A stretch of DNA of 62,343 nucleotides, filler included, from Collodictyon triciliatum (taxonomy: Eukaryota): NCBI GenBank assembly GCA_043381765.1. It is 9 parts of 9 records of this genome, joined end to end, with 100 filler letters (N's around TTAATTAATTAA, not from the genome) between each part and the next. Parts side by side here need not be neighbours in the genome. Positions count along the whole stretch, not along the records: positions 15,067 to 22,488 come from JBHJMP010003903.1; positions 22,589 to 30,015 come from JBHJMP010003904.1; positions 30,116 to 37,538 come from JBHJMP010003905.1; 6 more parts are not named here. The stretch is one strand, 5' to 3'. The notes under the pieces were generated by a model. It saw nothing but the letters and a program-made list of their open reading frames with translations. It did no database searches and had not been told where the DNA came from. Both the position numbers and the translations under genes were made by a program. Below are positions 20,794 to 33,300 of this stretch, in pieces (position 1 is the stretch's first letter; each line of letters begins with the position of its first letter).

Positions 20794-22341
20794 GGAACCT
20801 CGTGATGCGTCCGTGATGAGAATCGTTTCGAAGCCAGACTCTACCGCGTCCTTTGCAGAGAACTGAACGCAGTACGCGGGTTAAGGAGGAACAAAGAGCG
20901 TTGCGGTAAAGCGCCGATTTGTGTATAGTTATGTGCGCATAAGAAAATAGTGTTGTGTTCTCACAACAATAAAGAAACCCTCCAAAGAGATTGGTGAGGG
21001 TTGTATTTTGCAATGGAAATGTTGGAACGTGTATATTAGGCTTTGTGGTTCCACTCGGATATGAAATCAGTCGCCAGTCCTACAACGTATAAGATGTAAG
21101 CAAATGATACTTGTTCTTGGGCTATGTATGTAGATTTAAATCGATATGTGGGAATTCCGGTGTCTGAATATTGGAGAATAATGATTATTTTTTTTCATCT
21201 ACTCACCGCAGACGAAAACCTTCGTGATGAGTTTTTCCTTCATGAGTGACTCGAGATTTGTTTGATTCAACTTCCCGTTATCCCAGAAGGCTGAGTACGA
21301 GTCGATTTCGGGATTGGTTCCCTTCTGGACAACGACAACGCTAGAAATGAGAGAGAAAAAGACATATGGAGACTATAAGGAACAGCAGAGCGTGGAGCAA
21401 GAAGGAATGCATTCTCAAAGAAATACATTTCCGAGAAGGGGGCTTCAAGGATTATTTTTGATTGAAACATGTCAAAAGTGTTTCCCTCTCGTGCCACTGG
21501 TTTGCTTTTCCCAGCTTAGATATCGGAAAGCTAGTTGAATCAAATTCATCTGCCAGAGCCTTTTTATATATACAAATAAACCTATCTCACCCCTTGTATG
21601 TGATAACCTCTCCGCACTTTGAATGGAATAAAGGAATATATATAAATAATAAACCTATGGGGATAGCTCAAGTCCTTGTGGAATTCGGCACCAAACGTGC
21701 CTTGGACGCAGTGGTCGGGCCACATTACTTGTGGACCGTTCTTTAGCTTTATAATGTATATTCTCATGAGCGTAATGTATGATTATATTATTGTCGGCTG
21801 AATAGCATAAAGAAAGACTGTGAATATCAATGTATATTCAGAGACACCTTTTGTTTTTCTTGGAGAAATAGATTACCTCAGCAACCTTATGTCGCGTGGT
21901 GAATAGAGAGCGGTGTACACATAGTTCATTTACTTTAGAAATTAACAATTGTGTCATTGCTCGCACATTATTGAGTACGCCAACAGTGTCCAATACAAAC
22001 CTCAAAAAGTTTCTTCCCTGGATTGCTTGATGCGAAAGAGGAATGGCCAGCCGGATGCCAGTCCTGCAGATGCAGGCATTACATTTGTTCAAATTGAATG
22101 GTAAATCGTTCTCAATGCCGCATTTTTATCAAAAAGAATACGCGAAGCAATTACTCCGTATCATCGGCATTTAATCATAATGGTTTAGATGTACACGTGA
22201 ATGGAAAAAAAATAATAATGATACATGAGTATGTAATTGAAAAAGTTGAAGCCTTGCCTGGCTGAAAAATATTTCATCCCATCTGCCGTTGGCAATCAGG
22301 TTGTTGATCACAGGAATGATTTCGTCTCCCCCGGGAACAGC
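20584..22341 (-). CDS. PNC1: Nicotinamidase/pyrazinamidase (isochorismatase family), 5'-partial
   Basis: Spliced reading: AVPGGDEIIPVIN..FSQ|DWHPAGHSSFAS..LFE|VAE|LKNGPQVMWPDHCVQGTFGAEFH..|VVQKGTNPEIDSYSAFWDN..VFVCG|LATDF|CVQFSAKDAVESGFET..DASRG|IDAEGIEKAL..ERA*. Confidence 0.95.
20872..21062 (-). other. U12-type (minor spliceosome) AT-AC intron, 191 nt
   Basis: Minus strand reads GAT TTC|ATATCCGA...TCCTCCTTAAC CCGCGTAC|TGC GTT. Removing it restores ATDFCV. The canonical U12 branch motif TCCTTAAC lies at 20887-20880. Confidence 0.88.
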
Positions 22342-22392
22342 CTTGTTTGGATGAGGAGGGCAGTTTGAATGAGATAGAAAGCTAAAAGAAAG

Positions 22393-22395
<3 letters not shown>

Positions 22396-22468
<73 letters not shown>

Positions 22469-22480
22469 AGAGAGAGAGAA
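22396..22480. repeat. (GA)n microsatellite at a scaffold end
   Basis: Directly visible. Confidence 0.95.
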
Positions 22481-22614
22481 GAAAAAAGNNNNNNNNNNNN
22501 NNNNNNNNNNNNNNNNNNNNNNNNNNNNNNNNTTAATTAATTAANNNNNNNNNNNNNNNNNNNNNNNNNNNNNNNNNNNNNNNNNNNNTTTTTTTTTTTT
22601 TTTTTTTCTTCCTT

Positions 22615-22648
<34 letters not shown>

Positions 22649-22861
22649 TAGACGATGATGGCATTATTGTGTGTAATAAACTGTTTGAATGTTAATCATA
22701 AAGCAGAAAATTTTGATTGGGCTCATTTATTGTATCCACCTCTAGCGATATTTGTCAAGCAAAAATAATACAACTGGAGTGTATACATCAATAATAGGAA
22801 CGAACCTAGAGGAAAATATGCATTTTTAGCTCAATTCTTATTGACTGATTTTTTTTTCCAG

Positions 22862-24214
22862 AAAGAAAGCTTCCTCAGCCTTTTCAGCATACTTTGGTTT
22901 ATCATCTTTCATGGTCAGTTCTACATTCTTAATCGGTCCGATTGTGGGATTTGATGAATTAAGGAGAGAAGGAGCCATTTGCACAGTTCAAGGTTCATAT
23001 TTAGCTTTTAAATGGACATAATATCTTTAACTAGAATGATTCATTCCAAACATCGTACATAAATAAGGTTTTATGGTGGAATATTTTGCCACATGCTGCA
23101 TACTTTGGTGGTTTCTGTTGACGTTTCACCTTTGGTATACAATCGTTAAAGGGCACATTGAAGAAACAGAGGTGTTGTCTCATGCATTAATAAACCAAAA
23201 TTACCTTATGTTTACCATACCGTACAACTAGTGCGCCTATATAGCAACTGTGTCAGTAATGTATGAAATAAAAGGGCTGATGCATTTAATGACCTTAGCA
23301 CTTTGCAAAATACTACCACATGATTGGATGGGGCTATCCACTTTTACCTGCATTTGGATTATTGATAGGTGAAGTATACGGAGACACTGGACTGTGGTAA
23401 GATAATTTTCTTTTATAAATATTGTAGATTTCTTTCAATTTATAAGAAATGAGCTATTTTAATTGCCAAATATAAAAAAAATGATTCTTTGCTCTACAGT
23501 GCAAACCTTATTTCCATACGCACGCAATCGATAGAAAAATACATTCTCACATTTTTTTTCAACAATTCTAACGAAATATTCAACCATTAAAAGGTGTTGG
23601 GTTGGCTCAAATGAAACATGGACCCAGTTCATCGCTCTCTATGCGCAAATGTGCCTCATATGGGGTATCGGTCTCTATATGTGGGGGAATATCTTGTGGA
23701 AAGTTCGAATTGTGAGTTTGCAATTTACGTAACACAAGCATGATTCTATGATGTGAAAAGTTACATGAAAGTTCAATCTGAAAAAGCATATGATTGTTGG
23801 ATATTTTAAAAAATAGTTTTTTCCTGACATGTTTTTTTTTTCTTTCTCCAGATATCTCGGTCATCGACTTTTCGCCGACAATCCACTATTCCATCAGAGC
23901 TTTCCTTCTTTTTCAAAGTGGCTAGGCATATAATTTTTATCTTCTGCTTTTGTATTGTACTCGTAGCCTTATGCATAAGCCGTGTTAAATTAGATTTGTC
24001 TCACAGACGAGAAAATATTGGCTATTGGTACATATTGTGTAGTGTGGCACCATCAATAGGGGTTTGGTACACAATTATTTTTCTCTTTACAAGAGAAAAC
24101 TTTACCTTCTGGAAACATATGCTAAGTAGCCAGTGCAACAGAGAGCTTTCATCAGTAAAGTCAATCAACAGCCAAGAAGCAGCCTTATATACCCAATTCC
24201 ACGGATCTGCCTAA
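22862..24214 (+). CDS. 7TM G-protein-coupled receptor of the cAMP-receptor-like/Frizzled-like group (5'-partial)
   Basis: ICTVQGFMVEYFATCCILWWFLLTFHLWYTI (TM3), YYHMIGWGYPLL (TM4), YGDTGLWCWV (ECL2), further hydrophobic helices, and SIGVWYTIIFLFTRENFTFWK (TM7/helix 8). Confidence 0.8.
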
Positions 24215-24545
24215 ACACATTGGCTTTTAATTGTATTCCTTTTCTTTCTCGGGGTAATTCCTGCATGATTTCGAAACAAAATAAAAATAAATAAATCGAA
24301 ACGTTGCTCTTGTGAGAAAAAGAGTAACCCCCTCCCTTTTCTAACGAATACATCTAATTGTGGACATGGATGTTTTTTTTTTTCCATTGGAGACCACACA
24401 AGCCAAGGAGCTTTCGCGGGTGATCAATCAGCCTGATCTCATACGATTCGCCCTCGCAGCAAACTCCGTGGCGCAGCCCAGTTAATCACAAAGCGGTATC
24501 GACAGGCTAAGTAGCCGACTGACTCACTTGCCCATGGGCCAATAG

Positions 24546-25590
24546 ATGGCTGATTCTGGAAGCTCTGGCTCGGGCGACGACGGAAACTCTGGGGGCAAAT
24601 CAGGCCCGAGCCTTCACGAGCGCCTGGGGATCAATAAGGAGGACATCAAGCTACAGATTCAAGTCATGGACATTCAAGACAGCTGTGTCACAAAGTCATT
24701 GCTCAGCGCTGGAATGGGTCTGTTTTCCACTCCTGAAATAATTTTTATTTATTGTTATTATTATCATCATCATTATTATTACTTTGGAGTCTGCAATACA
24801 GACCAAGGGATATCAAGATCACTAGAAAATAGAGAAAGCGTAGTGACGAATCGCTGTCTATGGTCTTGTCGGCTACCCCTCACCTCTTGTATTACATGTT
24901 TTTCGACTTGTTTTCATCCAGGTGGTGTATTTGGAGCGATGTTTGGTATGTTTATCGGCTCCACAGACTCGATGGGACAAGCACCTTTGAATACTTCCTA
25001 TGGCCAGTCATTCAAAGACGGTTTGCGCTCGATGGGGAGAAATGCTGTGAGTTATGGCAAAAACTTTGGCCAAGCAGGCTTTTTCATTGCAGGGATCGAG
25101 TGTGGCCTAGAAAAGGTTCGTCTGGCACCGAGAGAATGCCTTAATTCGCCCACATACTCCTTTCTTTCCATCACCCAACCAATCGTATCCCATTTATCAA
25201 CAAGCCTGAACAAAGTTGAAGATATGCATCCTTCTCAAAAGTCTCTGTGCTTATCAATAGATCACCGCTCAGCATTCCTTGACAAACAGTTTGGCTGCTG
25301 GCTGTGTAAGCGGGATGATTCTGTCACGCGATGGTTATTTTACATCCACACATCTATATGTATACATATAAAATAATAAAATTAAGGCTAGAACAAACAA
25401 AACGTATACTAAGTATATGTAAATGAAAAAAAGTCAATAACCTTGGTTCACACACCGCCTACATCGAGCTGTCGTGCCACTCTACAATCACTCCTCTTTT
25501 TTATTCGCAGGTGGAGCTGCGGGAATGGGCTTTGGCTGTGTGACTTTCGCAGGCTTCTCAGCTCTGTTCCACTATCTTCAGGAACGATAA
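24546..25590 (+). CDS. TIM22: Mitochondrial inner-membrane translocase subunit Tim22 (Tim17/22/23 family)
   Basis: DSCVTKSLLSAGMG|GVFGAMFGMF..SYGKNFGQAGFFIAGIECGLEK|..NSLAAGCVSG..|GGAAGMGFGCVTFAGFSALFHYLQER*. Both conserved Cys are present; four exons. Confidence 0.88.
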
Positions 25591-26102
25591 AGTCTAGACA
25601 CGAACCACCACTTCCACATCCCGTCGTAACTGCCTCGCCTCATTCCTTATCTCAACCCCAAAGTTCATCCCATCCACTACAAACTACTGTGCCTTAAAAT
25701 ATAATAAGAATAATAATAAAAATAAAATAAAAAAGAAGTAAATTAATCAACGCGCTTGAACAAAGCTGTCCTTGTGAATCGTAGAGCAGCCCCGACTTTT
25801 CGCAACAGGGCTGACTCTTTGTCCAAAAGACAAGCAACGCTCTAACGGAAAAAGTCAGCCTAGAATCATGACAAACCAAACAAACAACCACAACAAGTGA
25901 ATAAAGAAAAAAACAAAAAAAAAAACCGGGAGTTGAAAAGATCGGTACAACCTCCACAAACGAAGCGTGTTTTTTGTTTTTGCCTCCGAAACCCTTCCAC
26001 TCTTGTTTTTACATACAGAGAATTATAAACCACCTTTGATCAATAGCCAGAAGGGAAAGCCAAAGGCTTAGCAACCTACCTCCACTTGTCTGCTGCTTCA
26101 GA

Positions 26103-26427
26103 ATGATTTCCACCCGAGCGCACCGAAACTCTCAGCAGGCGCACAACATTGAGGCGCCGAAGGAAAGCGATCACGATCACGACCACGAGGAGCAGTTCTA
26201 CTTGTTTGGCTTCAACGTAACCAACTTGGATCCGCACCTGCAACTCGGCCTCTTTTGTACCGCTGTCTTTACTGTCTTTTTGGGCTATTCTTACTCTCAG
26301 GTTGTCAAGCGTTCGTTATTTCCTCTTTCTTTGTTTTCTTTGTTTCTTTCTTTGTTTCTTCTTTCTTCTTTCTTTCTTTTTCTTTCTTTTTCTGTTCTTT
26401 TTTTCTTTCTTTTTTTCTTTCTTTTTT

Positions 26428-26519
<92 letters not shown>

Positions 26520-28807
26520 TCCTTCTTCTTTTTATCCTTCGCTCACTATAATCCCACTTCCTAATCCAAACCTTTATGAAGTTTGTTTTAAGCTCTGTGT
26601 TAATTCATGTAAATATATTTTTTTTCCTGCTTTATTCTTTCCAAGACCAAGCTTAACTATGATTTCATCTTGCATTTTATTCGAGTTGTAAAAATGGTAT
26701 TCTCAATTAATTTACTTGCGTGTATTTTAGTTGACTATTGAAGTTAATTGCATATTTGAAGTATCCCCACCAATCATACTTGAATATTTATTTTTAGGAG
26801 CTGATTTTCCATTATCCTGGCTATGAATTTGGTGTGTTCATGAGTGTTGTGCAGATGGCAGTTTATGCAGTTATGTCCTACATTAATATCATCCGCCAGG
26901 GTCCGTTGCAAATGAGGTTTTTTTTTAAAGTGATAAATGCCTTTCTTTTTCTTTTGTCTTCTTTTAGATTAATTATTCGAAGTAGGGATAGAAGAATGTA
27001 TTTGAATGTTCAACATATAGATGTCCATATTTTATTTTGGAATGTTTTTTTTATTCAAAAAAACTCACATTTTATAACTGAAATTGCGCTAAACAATACC
27101 AATGTGATAGAGCACCTTTAAAATCCTTCTTGCTTCTCGCCATTTTACACACTGCAACTACTGGATTTTCTAATGCCTCCATCGAATATATCAATTACCC
27201 AACTCAGGTAACTTCAATTTTTCTCCAAAAGAATTTGAAATACAAACATTTTCTTAACATATCATCTGGGTCTTAGTGTTTAACACATATCTATTATAAT
27301 TTTCATTTATTTATTTATTTATTTATTTATGTATTTATGTACTTCAACATGCTCTCCTAGAGATAATTAGTTGATCTTTGAAATGTTCCTTGTACACAAA
27401 ACCCAGATTATCTTCAAGAGCTCCAAAATTGTGCCTGTTATGATTGGAGGCGTCATCGTACTCCGAAAGCGATTCAAGCCTATCGAATATGTTGCTGGTG
27501 CGTGTGTGTCAGCCGGTCTTGCTGTTTTTACACTAGCCGATGCAACTGTGTCTCCAGTGTTCGATTACTTCGGTTTGCATTTGTTTTTGTTTTTTTCACA
27601 AATAGAATGCTAATATTTGAACTCACAACTTCATTGCATATGCCTTCTCTACTGTGGAATTTTCCATACCTCTTGATTCATTTTCGAATCACGGTTAGGG
27701 GTTTTCCTTGTTTGCATCGCAATCGTGGCAGATACTTTCTTGGGAAATTACCAAGTATAAGATCATCAATAACTTTCTTTTTTTTTTAAAAAAAAAGACA
27801 AGAAAAGAGATAAGATTAACCACATATGTTGTCTTACAGTTTTTGGATGAAGAAAAACGCCATTCCTATACACTTATGATGCATTTTCTATCAACGAGAC
27901 GCTAATCATAGAAATATTGAAGGAAAAAATCATGAAGGCCTACAAAGTGTCCGAGTACGAAGTAGTAAGTAATAATAATATGCGTATTTTCTCATAACCA
28001 ATATGAAACCTTTACTATTTTACTATAATTTAAAAGGTATTTTATGAGTACTTTCTTGGTGTTTGGTATATGATTGCCGTGGCTATTGCAAGAAATGAAG
28101 TGGTCGAACCTATTACTTACTGCTCTAATAACCCATCTGTTGTATTCTGGCTTCTGGTCAGTGCTTACTTACAATGTGATATTATGTGTTACTTAACTCT
28201 GGATTAGTGACCGATGTAGCCCCCTATTTATCCATATACCAACTTTGCACATAGCGATTCATTTAAATTTAGGGATTTTCAAAGTGACTTTCATTCATCT
28301 TATTTATGCTTCGTAGCTTTTTTCAGTATTGGGATATATTGGAACGGTTATTGTGATGACTTTAATCAGAAAGTTTGGAGCTGTTGTGACAGTGTTCATC
28401 ACTTCAGTTCGTAAAATGGTAGACTGAATATACTATTTAAGTCGCACAGCTCATTTAAACTTCACTTGTTATGATTTTCCTCCTCCAGAAATTATTCAAT
28501 ATTTCATATGAAACTTCTGATAGATCATCCACACTTAGTCACTTCTCAGCGACGCATATAATCACCTCACATGTTGTTCGATTTTCCTTGCAAACAGAGC
28601 CCACACCCATCCTGACTTCCTTTTAATTTAGTTCAGCATGTGTCTATCGTTTATCATCTTCCCAAAGCCGTTTTCCATCAACTATGTGCTGGGCACGTTG
28701 TTGGTCTTCCTTGGGATTGGGATATCAACTTACGTGAAGCAGCAAGCCAGCCAACCCAAAAATCCGCAATCTATCTCCACCGGCAGTTCTTCAGATGAGA
28801 AGCCAAC
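26103..28807 (+). CDS. UAA-family nucleotide-sugar/PAPS transporter, SLC35B3 (PAPST2)-like; 3' end in a gap
   Basis: FLGYSYSQ|ELIF, GFSNASIEYINYPTQ|IIFKSSKIVPVMIGG, GLAVFTLADATVSPVF, ADTFLGNYQ|EKIM, LIRKFGAVVTVFITSVRKM|FSMCLSFIIFPKPF. Confidence 0.9.
26420..26520. repeat. (TTTC)n microsatellite, intronic
   Basis: Directly visible. Confidence 0.9.
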
Positions 28808-30115
28808 NNNNNNNNNNNNNNNNNNNNNNNNNNNNNNNNNNNNNNNNNNNNNNNNNNNNNNNNNNNNNNNNNNNNNNNNNNNNNNNNNNNNNNNNNNNNN
28901 NNNNNNNNNNNNNNNNNNNNNNNNNNNNNNNNNNNNNNNNNNNNNNNNNNNNNNNNNNNNNNNNNNNNNNNNNNNNNNNNNNNNNNNNNNNNNNNNNNNN
29001 NNNNNNNNNNNNNNNNNNNNNNNNNNNNNNNNNNNNNNNNNNNNNNNNNNNNNNNNNNNNNNNNNNNNNNNNNNNNNNNNNNNNNNNNNNNNNNNNNNNN
29101 NNNNNNNNNNNNNNNNNNNNNNNNNNNNNNNNNNNNNNNNNNNNNNNNNNNNNNNNNNNNNNNNNNNNNNNNNNNNNNNNNNNNNNNNNNNNNNNNNNNN
29201 NNNNNNNNNNNNNNNNNNNNNNNNNNCACCCTCTCACTTTATTTCGTCGATGAACACATACGTGAATATGTATCAACCAATTTTTCCTTGCTTCCTGTCT
29301 CTCGCGTGTTGCGACGGATTCTGTTTCATCGCCGGTTCGGCGGAATCCATTTGATCAAATAATTCTGATTTGATTTTGATCGTTCAAATCTTTTCCGTTG
29401 TGCGCGACACAGCTTCGAATCAACTTTCGTATTATAGAAAAGAAAAGCAAAATAAAGAAAAGAAAATCGCGAGGTCAAGTTGTGGAGCTGGGAGAGATCG
29501 CAGAAGGGCGATTTGTAAAGGGATCCTAGAGATTGAAGCAGTGGATTTGCAACTTTGAAGTCGGTCTGCGTGCTCTTCTAGACTGCTTCTTGTGACGAAT
29601 ATATACGATTTTTTATCCCTCAAAGCAAAACTGTATTTGATCGTGACTTTTATTTTTTTTGGAAAGACGAACATGCAAAGGGCAAGCGAAGGTTACTCAG
29701 CCAAGGCGCATGCCCAACAGGCTTATCGCGTTAGTAGTCCTCTTTTATTTTCTTTTCTCTGTGGATTTCTTTCATCAATTTCCATATTATAAAATTACAA
29801 AGGTGCAGTTCACCCTCCCACTAATGGACAAAACTACAAAGCCAGACTGATATACTGAAATATTCTCTTCTTATGTTCAATTCACTTATTTATTTATTTT
29901 TTTAATTTTAACGCATATGATAAACGTAATTGTTTACGAAACAAAATAAATCATGATTGTAGAAACAATCTTTTCAGTCTCTGCAAACATTTCAGAGTAT
30001 ACAGACGGCAACGCANNNNNNNNNNNNNNNNNNNNNNNNNNNNNNNNNNNNNNNNNNNNTTAATTAATTAANNNNNNNNNNNNNNNNNNNNNNNNNNNNN
30101 NNNNNNNNNNNNNNN

Positions 30116-30170
<55 letters not shown>

Positions 30171-30316
30171 CACCAAAAGCGAAAGACCAGTCACTTTTTT
30201 TTTTTGCGCTTGACTGTATATTCTCTTCACTTCAACAAGATCAGAATAATTGGGGTACAGGTTGGCCAGTACCTTCCAGTATACTATCCACGCACTTGTC
30301 CGCTGTATCCTTTGAT

Positions 30317-33300
30317 ATGTCCGACGTACCTCCTAACCTTGGGGAACTGCGCAAGCTTATCGGAGACTATGGCATAGGGGAATTACAAACGTATAGTAGG
30401 CTAGACCTCTCATCCAGAAAATTAACAAGAGTCATAGATTATGTACTCGAATTAAGCGATCTGGTTGAGCTCAAACTCCACAATAACCAGCTATCGTCAT
30501 TTCCGTCCGAGTTATGGCGTTTAACTAAGCTCACAGGCTTTCATGTCAGCAGAAATCAGCTATCTTTATTCCCATACGAAATATGGCTCTTGACTGGGCT
30601 AAAGCGACTCGACCTCAGCTACAATCAAATACTTTGTATTCCTCAAGAGATATCCTTCCTGACTGGGCTTGAGGTACTAGGTGTTAACGACAATCGGTTG
30701 TCATCGGTTCCTTCGAGTGTCTTCGAATTGATTCAGCTGACATATCTAGATATTGGAAACAATTGCTTATCTTCTCTCCCACCCGAAATTTCCTACTTGA
30801 CGAGTCTTTTGTATTTCAAAATTCGTGTCAACAAATTGTCATCTTTACCAACAGAGATATCCAATCTGACCAATCTTCGTTCATTTCATGTTCAAGGAAA
30901 TCCGGTATTTATAAATTTATTAATTAGATATCTAATGATTCATTTTCCATAGTCTATGGTGCATGAATATATTGAAATGACTGCATTTGGTTAGATGGAA
31001 GAATTGCCACCACAAATCACCGCCCTAATCAAGCTGGAAACGCTCTGCATCGATCATAAAGAGGTGATTAGTATCTCCAGGGCGCCACACGGGCTACGAC
31101 AGCTACCATGTTATAGCGAGGACTGCATTGATTACAAGCATATCCATGCATTACAATACTATGAAGTTCCGGTAGGCATTTTTTCCCTTTATTCGATTCA
31201 AAGTAGTTCTGGTAGACATTTATTACAAAAGAAATCTTCATGTAAGCCAGTAAAAAAATTTTTTTTAAGAATATAGAATAAAGTAAAAGAAATTATGAAA
31301 TTTGAAGAGATAATTATTTTTCAAAATCAGTGTGATGCAATGATGAGTGCAGAGTGGACTCCCACCAAGGAGCAGATTAACCTAAAGTCTTTGAACTTTT
31401 ACGGCATGAATTTTTCGGCTGTATCAACAAATATATCAAGCCTGACAAATCTGTCCTTTCTTAGCATAGCTCATAATCGAGTAATTCTGAAATTTTCCCT
31501 AAAATTTTTGTTTTTATGGTATTAATTGTTGAAATCAGAAATTCAATTATAATGTGCCTCTAATGCCATCTGTGATAACAAAAAAAAAAAAAAAATAGCT
31601 CAAAGAATGTCCCTCTCAAATTGAGATTATGACGTGCATAAACTATTTGGATATGTCTTTGAATCAAGTAATACATGTTGATATGAGCTTCGTAATTCAT
31701 AAAATAATTGGAGAACATTAGTTGAAATAAATTATCATAAGTAGAACATAAGTTTAATCAAACATTAAATTATCTCACCATCAGATATCCTATTATCCAT
31801 CATGGTTCAGCCGAATGATTTGGATCAGATATCTCAATATATCAAGAAACCAGGTGTCAATCTAAATATATACATTTCCACTTCTGTTGATGAGTATTCT
31901 CAAGTACATTTGTGTAAGGGTTCTATTTAAAAATATTACAATATTGTAACATTAAAATAATAAAATATTCAAATCTAGTTGACTGCACTACCAGATGCCA
32001 TCGCTGGTCTCACAAATCTCGATACTTTGGATATGTCGAATAATCAAGTACTCACATAATACACACCCAAAATCAAAACATGTGAAGCTAATGATGACAC
32101 CTTAAAATTTTAATTTTTATATTGTTTATTAAATAAAAACCTGTTCTCGCAGATAAGAGAGTTATCATCTTTTCTGGTGGAGATTCCGAACCTTAGGAAG
32201 GGTCTTATTATACACAATAATCCTATTAAAAACATTCCAGAAAATGTTATAGAACAAGGACCCGAGGCTGTTTTCGATTACTTAACTGCCTCTTCAAAGG
32301 AAGGAATAACGAAGTGGAGACAAGGGAGACTCTTGTTACTAGGAGAGGGAAAAGCCGGGAAAACTACATTTACTAAATCAGTTATGCAAAAAGATAATGA
32401 ATTTCACAGCACGGTTGATATTGGAAGAGATCGAACCGATGGTATTGAGCAAATTGAACTAGATATATGTGACTGGAATCTAGGCGAGTTTGAGCCCATA
32501 TTAGTACGGATTTGGGATTTTGGTGGACAGGATGAATTTCAGGTGACCCATCCATTCTTCCTATCATTTGGTGCACTTGTCCTGATTCTTTACAGACTCG
32601 ATCAGAGCAAGAAAGCAAACAACATCGCTCGCTGGGTCAAAATGTTGGACGATTTCGCCCCTGGTTCAAAGATAATAATCGCTGGAACTCATCAGGATTG
32701 TGAAAATGCTGAATATGCCCTCGAAATGAGCCAAGAGATAAAGAGAATAACACAAGAAAACAAACACCACAAATTCTTTAGCACTGATCTAAAAGTGAGC
32801 AATAAAGATGGAACGAGCATTGCCGACGTAAAGAAAGCGATATACAGCGGGATGGCCCAGCTCGAGAATATACAAACTGGAGTTCCAAAGTCTTATATCG
32901 AACTGAAGAAACAAATGGAGAAAAGCGGATTGACAAATAGACACCAAAGCATTTCGGACACGTACTTGTATGCAAAAGATAGTCTTGGAATGAATAGAAA
33001 TCAATGTGAGAGCGCTTTAAAATTCCTTCATGACCTAGGGTCTGTTGTTTGGTATTCTTCGCTAGAAAGTATCAAGGGTATTGTTTTTCTAGACCCTCTC
33101 TTCCTTATCAACATTTTTCGTTGTGTTTTCAGCTTCAAAGGTATTGGGAAAGGATCCAATGGAATAATACTTGTCGAAAAATTGACGAAAAAGATTAACG
33201 AAGAATTAAAAACAGATTTGGGTGAATTTGTTTTTCAGACAGTTTTCAAGATATTTGAGTATTTTGGGCTTGGAATCCATTTTAATCAAGAATGCATAGC

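Noticed and set aside
21582-21620. Apparent exon VITYKG*D with an in-frame TGA (selenocysteine or readthrough) in nicotinamidase
   Set aside because: The true conserved exon VVQKGTNPEIDSYSAF lies further along (about 21330-21207) and splices in phase, so this stretch is intronic coincidence.
29673-30015. Possible first exon MQRASEGYSAKAHAQQAYR of a further gene
   Set aside because: It is too short, truncated by the scaffold end, and shows no recognisable homology.
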